A DNA stretch of 64,000 nucleotides from an uncultured virus (IMG/VR IMGVR_UViG_3300047322_000261) (Duplodnaviria; Heunggongvirae; Uroviricota; Caudoviricetes): IMG/VR virus record IMGVR_UViG_3300047322_000261, one strand, 5' to 3'. Below, one piece after another: positions 48,639 to 57,816 of the stretch. The translations under genes were made by a program, and so were the position numbers. Every line of letters begins with the position of its first letter. Position 1 is the first letter of the stretch. Under the pieces are notes generated by a model. The model made no database searches. It saw only the letters and a list, made by a program, of their open reading frames with translations, and was not told the origin of the DNA.

Positions 48639-49303
48639 AATACGGTTCTAAGCTTGGTTCCTGTCTGGGTGGTATAACAGCTACCTCTGGTGTTGCTAGT
48701 GGCTCGCCGGGCTTTGGCTCAGCCCTAGGTGGCATTACTGCTGATTCTATCATGTAAAAAAATACTGCTATAAACTAATTCCTGTCAAACAGAACCATAG
48801 GATTCATCTCCGAATTGATCTGTTCCATGAGGGGGAACTTGAGCGCAGTTTGTGTTACGATTCATAACAAACCATCCCGGTGAAACCACAGACAGCCAGT
48901 TGTCGGGCGTATAAGGCGGAACAGTGGCTACGGCTTGTTCCCAATCTATACAGGTGACACCGTTCCAAGTCACTTAATACCCCCTAGAGGGCATGACTGC
49001 GATGTTCTGAGACGTGCTAAGAACTAGCTGGTCGTAACCCACAAACGGTGTATCTAACACAGGATATGGGTTAGATGGATCGTAAGCTGGAACCGTAGCT
49101 ACCTGCAAAGCGTATGTTACTGAATCTTCTGTAGTAGCCATTTATTTATCGTGACTGTTTTTATGGGAAGCTTTTGAGTCTTGTGCAACCTTGTCTATGG
49201 GTTTTGCTACCGCGTTAGTTTCTGTAGCAACCTGCCATTGAACATAAGGCCTTACTATCTCGTTGGTCTTACGAATATCCTGCATTTCGTTTTGGTAAGC
49301 CAT
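48496..49303 (-). CDS. Cluster of tiny ORFs (48496..48753, 48785..48973, 48974..49141, 49142..49303)
   Basis: Abutting ORFs sharing Q.VAT(VP.Y.P) and AV[MI]P motifs. Confidence 0.5.
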
Positions 49304-50104
49304 TATGTTGAAATATAACTGATGCTGGCAGGGTTGGTCAAGCCAAGGTTATTAGTAATGCTAATTGTTTTGGTTGCTGGCGTAACTGGCGGGGTGTAAG
49401 TAAAGGTCTTAGAGCGATCCGTGTCACTTAGCCTTACTGTAGTTGGGGTGAATGTTCCACCACCGCTAGCGTCGTCCATTGTCACCGTCAGGTCGCCAGT
49501 TAGTTGATCTTGTGCTGGCAAGCTGACAGTAAACGGAGTAGATGCTACTTGGTGGACACCCGTAGTTGGGCCTGTTAGGAGAATACTGGTAATCGCAAAC
49601 CGTTGCGGATTCCATGCCGCATAGGGAGCGACTTTCTCCATGACCCTGTTAGGGTCAACCATTCCACTTGTTGCCATGTTACGCAGACAATACCATGTAG
49701 TTGATAACTACGTCGATCTGACCTTGAGTGGCAGCGTTTAGGTTGCCAGTCGTTGTAGTCAACGCGAGTTTCAATACAGGAGCGGTTCCGAGCAATGACA
49801 CGCCAATCTGTGTTCCTACCGCAGCAAGAAACAGTCCGGCAGTATTTTCTGCGCCTGCGCCAGTAAAGACGTTAGCCGCAGCGGGGCCTATAAGGTTGCC
49901 ATTGATCTTAAGCTGCGCTGTAGCCGTGGCTATAGTGCCGCCTGCAACCACCGTGGATGCGTGAATCATGCCCGCCGTAATAACGCTACCCGGAGGCAAG
50001 GTATCCAAGGTAACGTCGCCAGTAAGCGAAGCTCCTAGGGCTACAATGTCGGCCAGCTTTACGGTGTATTTAAGGTGTCCGTATTTTGAAACTGATAAGT
50101 CCAT
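49303..50104 (-). CDS. Two putative virion decoration/structural proteins (49303..49677, 49679..50104)
   Basis: T/G/A-rich beta composition; 49679..50104 resembles capsid decoration proteins; AGAAAG RBS. Confidence 0.55.
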
Positions 50105-50165
50105 ATTTTCTTTCTTTTAAGCTAAGTCCATTCCTAGCCTGCTTAACTATCTATCCCTAACAGCA

Positions 50166-50459
50166 TAGCTGTCAAGGAGTCGATTTTGCTGGTTTGTTCT
50201 CGGCTTGAGCTTTGGTAGCTTTCTCTGTAGCTTTCTTGGCTTCTAAGGAACCCGCTGTTTTGGCAGCTTGGTCGGGCGGCTCAGGCGTTGAGTAACCAAC
50301 TATAGTTGCACCAGCACCATGAAGATCATGGCCTTGGTTAAGCTTGTCTTGTTCTTTTGCTAGGTCTGGGTTTTCGGCCCTATAGCGTGAATCAATCGAA
50401 GAATCTGTAGTCATAACTTACAATCATGTTTTGATGCGGTAGCTGTCAAGGAGTCGATT
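50166..50459. repeat. 20-bp perfect direct repeat flanking an 80-aa gene (50172..50414, minus)
   Basis: TAGCTGTCAAGGAGTCGATT at 50166 and 50440; each contains a minus-strand TTGACA. Confidence 0.9.
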
Positions 50460-51216
50460 ATGTAAAACACCTTCCAAGGAAAGCTACAAAGTCATCAGCT
50501 AATGCTGGCGTGAAATTTGATGGGTCTCCGTGGTCGCCAGTTGTGTGTATACATGTTGCCTCAGTTGCATGTCCTGTTGCTAAAGTAACAAGGGCGTCTC
50601 CGTGTTGATTAACTGGAACCGTAACGTCTGATAATGAACCCATGCAGCGAATCCTGAGTCCGTTAAATGCTGTTGCTGGAAAAAGTATAGGGTCTCGTCC
50701 TGCTGTGCCAGTTGGATAGCTAGGGAAAGCTGCGTTAATTGATGCGGTTAGATTGGCGTTTCCATGTGCTGTTGCAAGATCGCATACTGGGAATATTCCA
50801 TGCCAACCCTTAACTGTTACTCCGGTAAATCCTTGTGTTGCCTTAAGTAATCCTATCGGGCCACCCGCGCTGCCGCCAGTCATAACAAGACTGGTTACTC
50901 CGTAGTTGGCTACAAGGTGCGCTACTAGATTTTCAACGGCTGTCTGTGCTGTTGGGTTATCCCACTGGAATCCTCCGAATTGACCAGCAGCATACAGGTA
51001 TCCGTTTGTTATCGCTTGAGTGTAATAAAAGTGATTGAGAGTTACCGATGTAGGACTAAACTCACTCATGTCAGATACGAACTGACCTAATCCGTGACAG
51101 AACACTAGGGCGGTTCCTGACACACGATTAGCTGGAATCATTATACGACATAGGTCGCCGGAGATTGTTACATCAACGATTGAATAGCTTCCTTTGACTG
51201 AGCCGCCAGATTTCAT
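50458..51216 (-). CDS. Alpha/beta hydrolase (esterase-like)
   Basis: FCHG, GGSAGG nucleophile elbow, D..VP and GDHG triad motifs. Confidence 0.8.
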   Translation of the reverse strand: MKSGGSVKGSYSIVDVTISGDLCRIMIPANRVSGTALVFCHGLGQFVSDMSEFSPTSVTLNHFYYTQAITNGYLYAAGQFGGFQWDNPTAQTAVENLVAHLVANYGVTSLVMTGGSAGGPIGLLKATQGFTGVTVKGWHGIFPVCDLATAHGNANLTASINAAFPSYPTGTAGRDPILFPATAFNGLRIRCMGSLSDVTVPVNQHGDALVTLATGHATEATCIHTTGDHGDPSNFTPALADDFVAFLGRCFT

Positions 51217-52202
51217 TAGTTATTCATCAACACCGATATGCCGCTTTGTGCTGAGCCGAGTGACGTTCCAAGAAAGATGGAAGCAACGTCCATTCCTATT
51301 TCGTTCCAGCTAGCATAATGATAGCCTAGACCCGGACTTCCCTTGTATTGACTGATTAATGGGAAAATTAATACTCCAGCCTGAGCTTCGATTAGTCCCG
51401 TAAGGCCAGTAAATGACGTAGTGGTATCTATTCCCACTCCTGCTGCTGCTGCCACCGTGTTAGCCCCACTGGAAACAACAGATGCTATAACATTTGCTTC
51501 TATTAGGTCTGAGGCAAATCCTGTAATATACTCTACCTTGTTTCCACTCGCGCCATGAGCCTGCCTTATAGTGGCAGTTGAATAAGTCCATGATGCGGCA
51601 GTGTCTATAGCTAATATAGTTCTAGCTACTTGGTTGTAAGTATTCCAAACAAATCTCTTTCCGCCAACCTGTGATACAGTTCCCCCACGGCTATCCTCGG
51701 TGACGTTTGTTCCGCTAGCTCTGATTGATCCCAGCCAGAGCTTTGAGTGATCGCTACCAAGAACAGTAACTCCATCCTGTGTTCCAAGTGCATCTGCTCT
51801 TGTGGTATCGTTTGTCCATGCTGACGACAAACTTAGCGCGTTAGCACCAGAGTTAATGAATACGTCGTAGTTTTTGCCGCTTGTTATAGTTAACGAGAGT
51901 GAGATTTCGGAAAAAACCTTAGCCTGCCAAGCTGACCCAGTATAGGTATAGATGTTGTTATGTATAAACGGAGTGTAATACAGGGTTCCCTGAGCAGTCC
52001 TATCTAATGTGGATACAGGAACTCCCGACTCTGTTGTAAGTCTTCCTCCGGGGGTTAGGAACGCAACAGGAATACCAGCCAATATCATTCCTGCCGTAGC
52101 GAATTTACTTACACCAGATTGCTCTATCTCAAATATGTCTGAAGGGCCTACACTTACCGCTGGTGTTAGTTCGCTAATCTTTTTAGTTATTATCATGTCC
52201 AA
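51216..52202 (-). CDS. Tail fibre/receptor-binding-like protein
   Basis: KKISEL..A N-terminus; GGRLT..SG.PV...TLYYTP...YDVF...WN.YN motifs of the kind seen in phage fibre proteins. Confidence 0.6.
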   Translation of the reverse strand: MDMIITKKISELTPAVSVGPSDIFEIEQSGVSKFATAGMILAGIPVAFLTPGGRLTTESGVPVSTLDRTAQGTLYYTPFIHNNIYTYTGSAWQAKVFSEISLSLTITSGKNYDVFINSGANALSLSSAWTNDTTRADALGTQDGVTVLGSDHSKLWLGSIRASGTNVTEDSRGGTVSQVGGKRFVWNTYNQVARTILAIDTAASWTYSTATIRQAHGASGNKVEYITGFASDLIEANVIASVVSSGANTVAAAAGVGIDTTTSFTGLTGLIEAQAGVLIFPLISQYKGSPGLGYHYASWNEIGMDVASIFLGTSLGSAQSGISVLMNN

Positions 52203-52495
52203 ATCCTAAAACTTCCATCTGAAGTAAACCTGAAATCTCCAAATGTTGTAACCCTTGGAAAGTCCGGCAGTTCGTCTCCACCGCCGCCGCTATCTGTGTT
52301 ATGTCCGATTGGTGGTGGTGGCTCAAGGTAGTATGTGTCCGGTGGGATTTTGTCAACAGCTTCGTATCCTGTAATTGCTTGACTTATCACTACAGGCTCC
52401 ATTGTCGGCTCCAATACTGGGTATGGGCGAGATGGATTGTATGGTGGAACTACAGATGTTCCGGGGCCTGTTGGTTGATCGCGGGGTATAGCCAT
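52193..52495 (-). CDS. Pro-rich small structural protein
   Basis: VPPYNPSRPYPVL shared with 48974..49141; R.T..G..R.T..G..R tail. Confidence 0.5.
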   Translation of the reverse strand: MAIPRDQPTGPGTSVVPPYNPSRPYPVLEPTMEPVVISQAITGYEAVDKIPPDTYYLEPPPPIGHNTDSGGGGDELPDFPRVTTFGDFRFTSDGSFRIWT

Positions 52496-52507
52496 GCATT
52501 AATTAAC

Positions 52508-52780
52508 TTAAGTTACATGCGAGGCATCCTGTGAGTCAAGTCCGTGTCTGCTATACCGTTCTGGGAAATTTATGTTGTTATAGCTAGCAGCGCAACTTGA
52601 GTTACAAAACTTTTTCTTCATAACATCTGCTACTCGCCTATGCCCTACCACGATAATTCCTTTACAGTTAAGGCAAAAGTGTGGCTTACTGTGGTATCTA
52701 GCTAGAGCTTCCTTGCGTTCATCCCATCCTCTAGCTTTTCCGCCAGCCCTAGCTCGGCTAATCAGTATTGATCTTGTCAT
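52508..52780 (-). CDS. Zn-finger protein (possible homing-endonuclease remnant)
   Basis: CLNC...KKFCNSSCAASYNN. Confidence 0.5.
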   Translation of the reverse strand: MTRSILISRARAGGKARGWDERKEALARYHSKPHFCLNCKGIIVVGHRRVADVMKKKFCNSSCAASYNNINFPERYSRHGLDSQDASHVT

Positions 52781-52808
52781 ACCTTATTATACTCCACTAA
52801 CCAGCCTG

Positions 52809-54641
52809 CTAGTCAAGTTTTGTTACCCATTTAATCTGAGAGTCTATCACGGACTTGTCGTCCCAGAGTTGTCTAGCCATGAACGGTTGGGGTTTAGTTG
52901 GCATGCTAGCTGGCAACTCTCCCGCGTGCAATCTCATAGCATGAGGAATCATAACTAAAGAATCCGAGTGGTCACAAGACCTACCCATATTAGATTTCTT
53001 GAAGTCTACCTTAGACTCTAGTTGCTGCAACGTCTGAAAGAACTTCCATCGCCGCATACATAACTCATCTCTGAGTTTATGGTATCCATCTAGTCCGGGT
53101 GAGAACTTGATAAATCCTGCGTCTAGCCATACAGAACAAGCAAACCACATCTCTGTTGAGATACCACGGTAACGCTCGCAGGCTGGCTCTGTGTCTTCCT
53201 GTAGTATCTTTGTTTCTGTCGCAGCTTCTCCCCACTCCACGCCCTCTACCTTGCCGTATTGCCACGTTAGGTAGTCATATAGCCCTCGGCCATTGCCAGT
53301 CTTATCAATAGTTACCCACTCAGGCCTAACTCCGTAACTTCGGAGTATTTTGATAATGTCGTTACCCATTTCGTGAGTCTTGCCTTTACGAAGGGTTAAC
53401 TGTTGGTCTATCTGTAAGGCTAACCTTGTCTGTGGTATCTCGCTGAAGTTTCGCTGCTCGTCTGTGAATCCTATAGCTCTACCGAATGTCCCTATGGTTA
53501 GGATCGGTTCGTCTCCACCTTCAGCAAAAGCGGGGTCAATAGAAGCTACAGGAGTTATCCTTCCCTCAAACATCCATCGTCCTACCGAGTTATTAAATGA
53601 TGAAAGAGAAAACACGTTAAAGGAAGCTGTGCTGTCAGGTGGATACATGCCACGAGCATAGACCCAGTAACTAGGGTCTGCCTCACCCTTACGAACATAA
53701 TTCATGTAACCTTCATAGGTCATCATGCCCGGAAATACGGTTTTCTTAGATATGACGTTCTCTGACTTAGCGGCGTCTAGCCTAACGACATTCCATCCCT
53801 CGCGTGACACCCACTCATCCATGTCTTCTGTTAGAGAACCCCAACCTTCTATCGGCTCTGCTCGGAAGGCGCATGGGTTTGTTTTCTGCCGTGGGTTGGT
53901 TAGAGCTACAACCTTGATTGACCCTGAGTAGTCTTGGTTTCCTAGGATGTTGTCTACGCCGCGCCACACACCTTCAGGAACAACGTCAGCTTCGTCGATA
54001 ACAACAAAGCATCGAGACATAGGCCCGAATAACGGGTGAGGCCTAACCCTAGGATAAGGGTGGAATCCGGTTAGGCGACCTTCTCCTGTGTCACCTTCAG
54101 GTATAGCTACCTGTAGGATAGAAGCAGATTTGTCGCTCCCCGGAAACATCAATCCACCAGCTACAATATCGCCAGCGGGATTAACTATCGAGTTAGCATG
54201 AAAGTTGGTCAGACGGGAAACTAATCCACTTTTCGCATGTCCTGCCGTTGTCGAAACTAACTTCCCACTCGTATACTGTGGGTCTTGCGTCCAGTATAGG
54301 TCTGCCCACGCTGACGTGGAAAAGGTTTTCCCAGATGATCCGCACCCTAGAATGATTACCTTCGGTTCTAGTGGGTTTGTTAGGTGCTTCCATATTAACT
54401 TAACTGACCTAGGCTCTGGGGTAAATAGGTTGTTTCCCCATGCCAGCAATGCTGCCTCTGTAAATTGGCCTGTATTGAGTAAAGATAGGTAGTAGGCGTT
54501 AATCCCCATCTTGGCGTCTGATTCTGCCTGAACCCTAAGTGGGTTATCGGAAAACTCAAGTAAGCTGTTAACGGCTTCTGTCCAGTTTCCACGGTCAATC
54601 AGTTCCCTCGCCTTTAAGATTACTTCTGCTAGCTCGGTCAC
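52809..54641 (-). CDS. terL: Terminase large subunit
   Basis: Walker A GCGSSGKT, Walker B VVIDEAD, LTNP; nuclease SIDPAF...DKTGNG...S.DHSDS. Confidence 0.88.
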   Translation of the reverse strand: MTELAEVILKARELIDRGNWTEAVNSLLEFSDNPLRVQAESDAKMGINAYYLSLLNTGQFTEAALLAWGNNLFTPEPRSVKLIWKHLTNPLEPKVIILGCGSSGKTFSTSAWADLYWTQDPQYTSGKLVSTTAGHAKSGLVSRLTNFHANSIVNPAGDIVAGGLMFPGSDKSASILQVAIPEGDTGEGRLTGFHPYPRVRPHPLFGPMSRCFVVIDEADVVPEGVWRGVDNILGNQDYSGSIKVVALTNPRQKTNPCAFRAEPIEGWGSLTEDMDEWVSREGWNVVRLDAAKSENVISKKTVFPGMMTYEGYMNYVRKGEADPSYWVYARGMYPPDSTASFNVFSLSSFNNSVGRWMFEGRITPVASIDPAFAEGGDEPILTIGTFGRAIGFTDEQRNFSEIPQTRLALQIDQQLTLRKGKTHEMGNDIIKILRSYGVRPEWVTIDKTGNGRGLYDYLTWQYGKVEGVEWGEAATETKILQEDTEPACERYRGISTEMWFACSVWLDAGFIKFSPGLDGYHKLRDELCMRRWKFFQTLQQLESKVDFKKSNMGRSCDHSDSLVMIPHAMRLHAGELPASMPTKPQPFMARQLWDDKSVIDSQIKWVTKLD

Positions 54642-54930
54642 TCAGTATTCTACGTTGGTGACAGGTTTTTGACAAGTCATCCATAGTGGTTAGTGCGTTG
54701 TCGTCTATCTCTTTAAGCACCCACATGGAATGATTTTTGTCTCCTAGGATCGCGCTATCGCTTACTCCCCACACTCGTAGTTCTTCAACGGCTAGTGCTT
54801 CCTTTAGCATGTATCGGTGCTGACTGTATGGAGAAATCCACCACAGTCCGTCGTGCTTCCATCCTTTGTCTTGTAGCTTGCCTTTTCCGTTAACTCGTTT
54901 GGGCATCTGGTATCCTAGGTTGCTCGACAA
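54595..54930 (-). CDS. Hypothetical protein
   Basis: ORF between terS-like and terL. Confidence 0.5.
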   Translation of the reverse strand: MSSNLGYQMPKRVNGKGKLQDKGWKHDGLWWISPYSQHRYMLKEALAVEELRVWGVSDSAILGDKNHSMWVLKEIDDNALTTMDDLSKTCHQRRILSDRASRSNLKGEGTD

Positions 54931-55393
54931 CTTCTGCCTCGATTACCTTACCTTTGCTCCTATTAGCTAAGTTAGCCATAGCCTCTATAACACCTTCTGC
55001 TATACCTTTACCTAGGGCTTCTGCCTGACCACGCTCGGCTCTTGGTAGAGTATGGAATCCGAATAATTTCGCTTGGTCTGATAGTATTTTAGTTACCCTG
55101 TCAGTGGCGTATAGTTGGTCATCAACCTCTCTCGTATTATCCAGCGCAACAGGAACCCATTTGTTAAGCAATGCCTCGTAAATCTCATTCTGATTTACAA
55201 TAAGTTCCTTGTCTTTGCCTTCAAGTGCCTTTATGCGATGTTCGGTTAGAAACTTAGCGTCTTGGTGTGCCGTGAAGACGGTAATACCTAGCTCTCTTGC
55301 GATCTGTCGATAGGTCTTGCGCTCGACAACTCTAAGCTGCCATACCTTCTCTCGTCGCTCTATTGTAGCTTGCTTACTGCCTGCTGTTCTCAT
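54890..55393 (-). CDS. Terminase small subunit-like HTH protein
   Basis: RR..V..LR....TYRQIARELGI...TA..D; C-terminal VIEAEVV; upstream of terL. Confidence 0.6.
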   Translation of the reverse strand: MRTAGSKQATIERREKVWQLRVVERKTYRQIARELGITVFTAHQDAKFLTEHRIKALEGKDKELIVNQNEIYEALLNKWVPVALDNTREVDDQLYATDRVTKILSDQAKLFGFHTLPRAERGQAEALGKGIAEGVIEAMANLANRSKGKVIEAEVVEQPRIPDAQTS

Positions 55394-55500
55394 TCAGTTC
55401 TTTCCTGCGTTTGTTCGCGGCTCGTATGTAGATTCTCCTAAGATGACCAGTTGGGTTAGTCCAGTTAGCGTAATTAAGCACGTATCTTATCCTGTCTTCG

Positions 55501-55821
55501 TTAGGTGCTTCTGCTAGCATTTCTGTTACGGGCTTCATATTTCTTTAGGTAGTCGTAGATTTTTTTGGCCCATTCCGCGTCGAGCCTTCCGACCTTGAAT
55601 TTATTGCACCTAAAGCACAGAATCCCGCGCACGAGTTTACGTTTTTCTTTTGGGGTAAGTTTTTTGTATCCTGCGACATGCTGGTGGTCAACATGTAGCG
55701 AGACGTTCTTGGGTGGGCTTCCACATAAGCGGCATACCCCCTTCTGTCTTTTAAGCATCTGGTTGTATTCACGCTCTGTTATCCCGTAGGTTCTTCGTAG
55801 GTGACTGTCGCGTGCTGTCAT
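55501..55821 (-). CDS. Endonuclease VII-like protein
   Basis: YGIT..EY..ML..Q.G.C.LC...LHVDH.H...VRGILC..CN. Confidence 0.88.
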   Translation of the reverse strand: MTARDSHLRRTYGITEREYNQMLKRQKGVCRLCGSPPKNVSLHVDHQHVAGYKKLTPKEKRKLVRGILCFRCNKFKVGRLDAEWAKKIYDYLKKYEARNRNASRST

Positions 55822-56329
55822 GTATAATTTTTGCCCAGACTGGGAGCCTAGCTTGTATAACTAACCACGGTGATAGCTCTTTTGGCAAGCCAATAATATG
55901 AGCGGTTGCTGCCGTGTAACAGGCTGCGTTTGGGTATATATGCTTACCTAATTCATTCAAAAGATTAGTAACATAACTTATCCTGTAGTGCGTATCAGGC
56001 CAGTGGGCGTGAATGTAGCTATCAGTCTCTTTCCATATAGGGTCTGCTTCGCCTTTAACGAATGAGTTGCCCCATCCCATGATTTTATTACCGTCACCGA
56101 TAAATACACTACCGTTCTTCAGAAACTCATACGCCTGTATTATAGGTGCGTGTGTTCCACCTAGAGAGCTAATGGCAGCAACAACAGACTTAAGGAAGTC
56201 TCCGCTACCCATGTAGGCCACCTTAAGGATTTCCGTGCTTATGTTCTGCCTCTGTGTTGCCTCTCGGTGTCCACGGAACAATGCATCTACCAGAGATGCT
56301 TTGGGTTCATCTTTCCAAAGGTGTGTCAA
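55769..56329 (-). CDS. Citrate-synthase-like protein (truncated, catalytic residues altered)
   Basis: NIST / LGGTH / KIMGWGN...DP / IYPNAACY / ARLPVW align with the citrate synthase motifs NAST / GPLHG / IMGFGH...DPR / YPNVDFY / R..GW. Confidence 0.7.
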   Translation of the reverse strand: MTHLWKDEPKASLVDALFRGHREATQRQNISTEILKVAYMGSGDFLKSVVAAISSLGGTHAPIIQAYEFLKNGSVFIGDGNKIMGWGNSFVKGEADPIWKETDSYIHAHWPDTHYRISYVTNLLNELGKHIYPNAACYTAATAHIIGLPKELSPWLVIQARLPVWAKIIHDSTRQSPTKNLRDNRA

Positions 56330-56657
56330 TTTTATATCCTCGTCTTTCTAGTTCTTGTATTAACTCGTTATCCCTAGCGCACGCAAACTTGTGCATAGGC
56401 CCTCTTAGCTTAGAGTTTTCACTGTGCGTTCCCCACTTAACGTTACCAGCCGAGAACGGTAGGGATTTCTCTATCCTAATCAAGACATGACCCTTCGGCC
56501 TTGGGCCTACACACGCTCTGAATGTTTGATACCTTTCTTCGTTGTCGCTAACACCCTTATACCACTTCCATGTATCGCATACATGATCGCCATGTGTTGT
56601 ATTCATGCGATACCATGCCTTGTATTCCGGCGACTCGTTAGCTGGCGGTCTATCCAT
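56307..56657 (-). CDS. Degenerate HNH homing-endonuclease-like protein
   Basis: SPEYKAW..M...VC..W...F...VG.RP.G..L.RI.....F...NVKW.T..EN; the usual DRID/NCRW residues are altered. Confidence 0.6.
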   Translation of the reverse strand: MDRPPANESPEYKAWYRMNTTHGDHVCDTWKWYKGVSDNEERYQTFRACVGPRPKGHVLIRIEKSLPFSAGNVKWGTHSENSKLRGPMHKFACARDNELIQELERRGYKIDTPLER

Positions 56658-57589
56658 TAACCACATACAATTTCCTTTATCTGTTTAAGTGCTTCGTCTT
56701 TTTCTGCGGCTGCTTGGTAGTGCCATGCGTAGGGAATGGACAGTGTAGCTCTTGCTAGGTCATGATAGCTGTTAACTATCAGGCTGTTAGGAACCGTGTA
56801 TCCGCTTCTCTGTATCGTGTTCCAGCAACTATAATCAAACAACGTTGGGCAGTTATCGTTTAGTGCCTCATAGAACCTATTAGCTAGATAGTTGTATGAG
56901 TTATGGGTTACTTCGTCTTCTATGTATAGCGATGCCTCAAAATCTATCAACCCCCTGTTATTCCAATCTATCCTAGGTATAAAGTTAGCCCTATAGCACC
57001 CCGTAGCCGATCTGAATTTTATTACGTTTTTAGGGTGCGTAGAAACAATAACATTTCCTCGGAGATATTTCTGGAAGCTTGGTATCCTTCCCCTGCGGAA
57101 ACTACCGTAGTAAACGATACCCTGTCTCCTATCTGGAAACATATCTATGTCTGTTTGGACTTTATGAACCCTAGATGGTTTATAGCACAAGGCGTTTAGG
57201 TTAACCTTTCTCCAAGATTTTGTGTATTTCTTAACTACCTTTGATATGTCAGGTTCGTGATTAGCTATGACGGTATAATGCCTTCCGGCCTTAGCTGGCT
57301 TCCATAGTATCGTAGGTTCTCCTAGGTTGTATTCGTTGGTAACGTAATACAAGTCTGCGTCAGGAGAGTTATCTATCCATGCCTTATCTACAGCGCAGTA
57401 TGGCGACGCATGGACAAAAATAATCTTGTCGTATACTCCGTTCATCTTTAACGCTTCATTAACAGAAGGGTAAGACCATATTAGGTCTGCACCTAGGTAG
57501 TCTGCTACCTGCTTAGCGTTCTGCCAGTGAAGGTTTGTTGGTATCTCGCCTTCCGATCCCTTGTGTGAATCTATGACTAATATAGACAT
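56657..57589 (-). CDS. GT-B glycosyltransferase resembling T4 DNA beta-glucosyltransferase
   Basis: IVYYGSFRRGR and SLYIED...NYLANRFYEAL...LFD parallel T4 BGT motifs as I recall them (IYGGSFR; R.WE). Confidence 0.6.
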   Translation of the reverse strand: MSILVIDSHKGSEGEIPTNLHWQNAKQVADYLGADLIWSYPSVNEALKMNGVYDKIIFVHASPYCAVDKAWIDNSPDADLYYVTNEYNLGEPTILWKPAKAGRHYTVIANHEPDISKVVKKYTKSWRKVNLNALCYKPSRVHKVQTDIDMFPDRRQGIVYYGSFRRGRIPSFQKYLRGNVIVSTHPKNVIKFRSATGCYRANFIPRIDWNNRGLIDFEASLYIEDEVTHNSYNYLANRFYEALNDNCPTLFDYSCWNTIQRSGYTVPNSLIVNSYHDLARATLSIPYAWHYQAAAEKDEALKQIKEIVCG

Positions 57590-57816
57590 TACCAGTATTT
57601 CTGAATGAAGTGAACTATAACAAAACAAAGCAGAAACACTAAAATTAAGTCTACGGCCACAGTAAAAGCAAAAAATACAAGCTCTATAATGGCGTCTAAT
57701 AGCTCTCGTCTTTGGTTTTTTTTACGGTATAGTTCGTCTCTTTTTCTGGCAGCTTCTGCCTGCATTACTAACCTATCGTGCTGTTCTATATTGAAGTTTA
57801 CGTCGTAGTTTGGCAT
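57589..57816 (-). CDS. Small membrane protein
   Basis: C-terminal hydrophobic stretch. Confidence 0.55.
   Translation of the reverse strand: MPNYDVNFNIEQHDRLVMQAEAARKRDELYRKKNQRRELLDAIIELVFFAFTVAVDLILVFLLCFVIVHFIQKYW

Noticed and set aside
30805..50459. Direct repeats as CRISPR or mini-array, or as att sites
   Set aside because: Only two copies each, one pair is coding and in frame, and no cas or integrase gene is visible.
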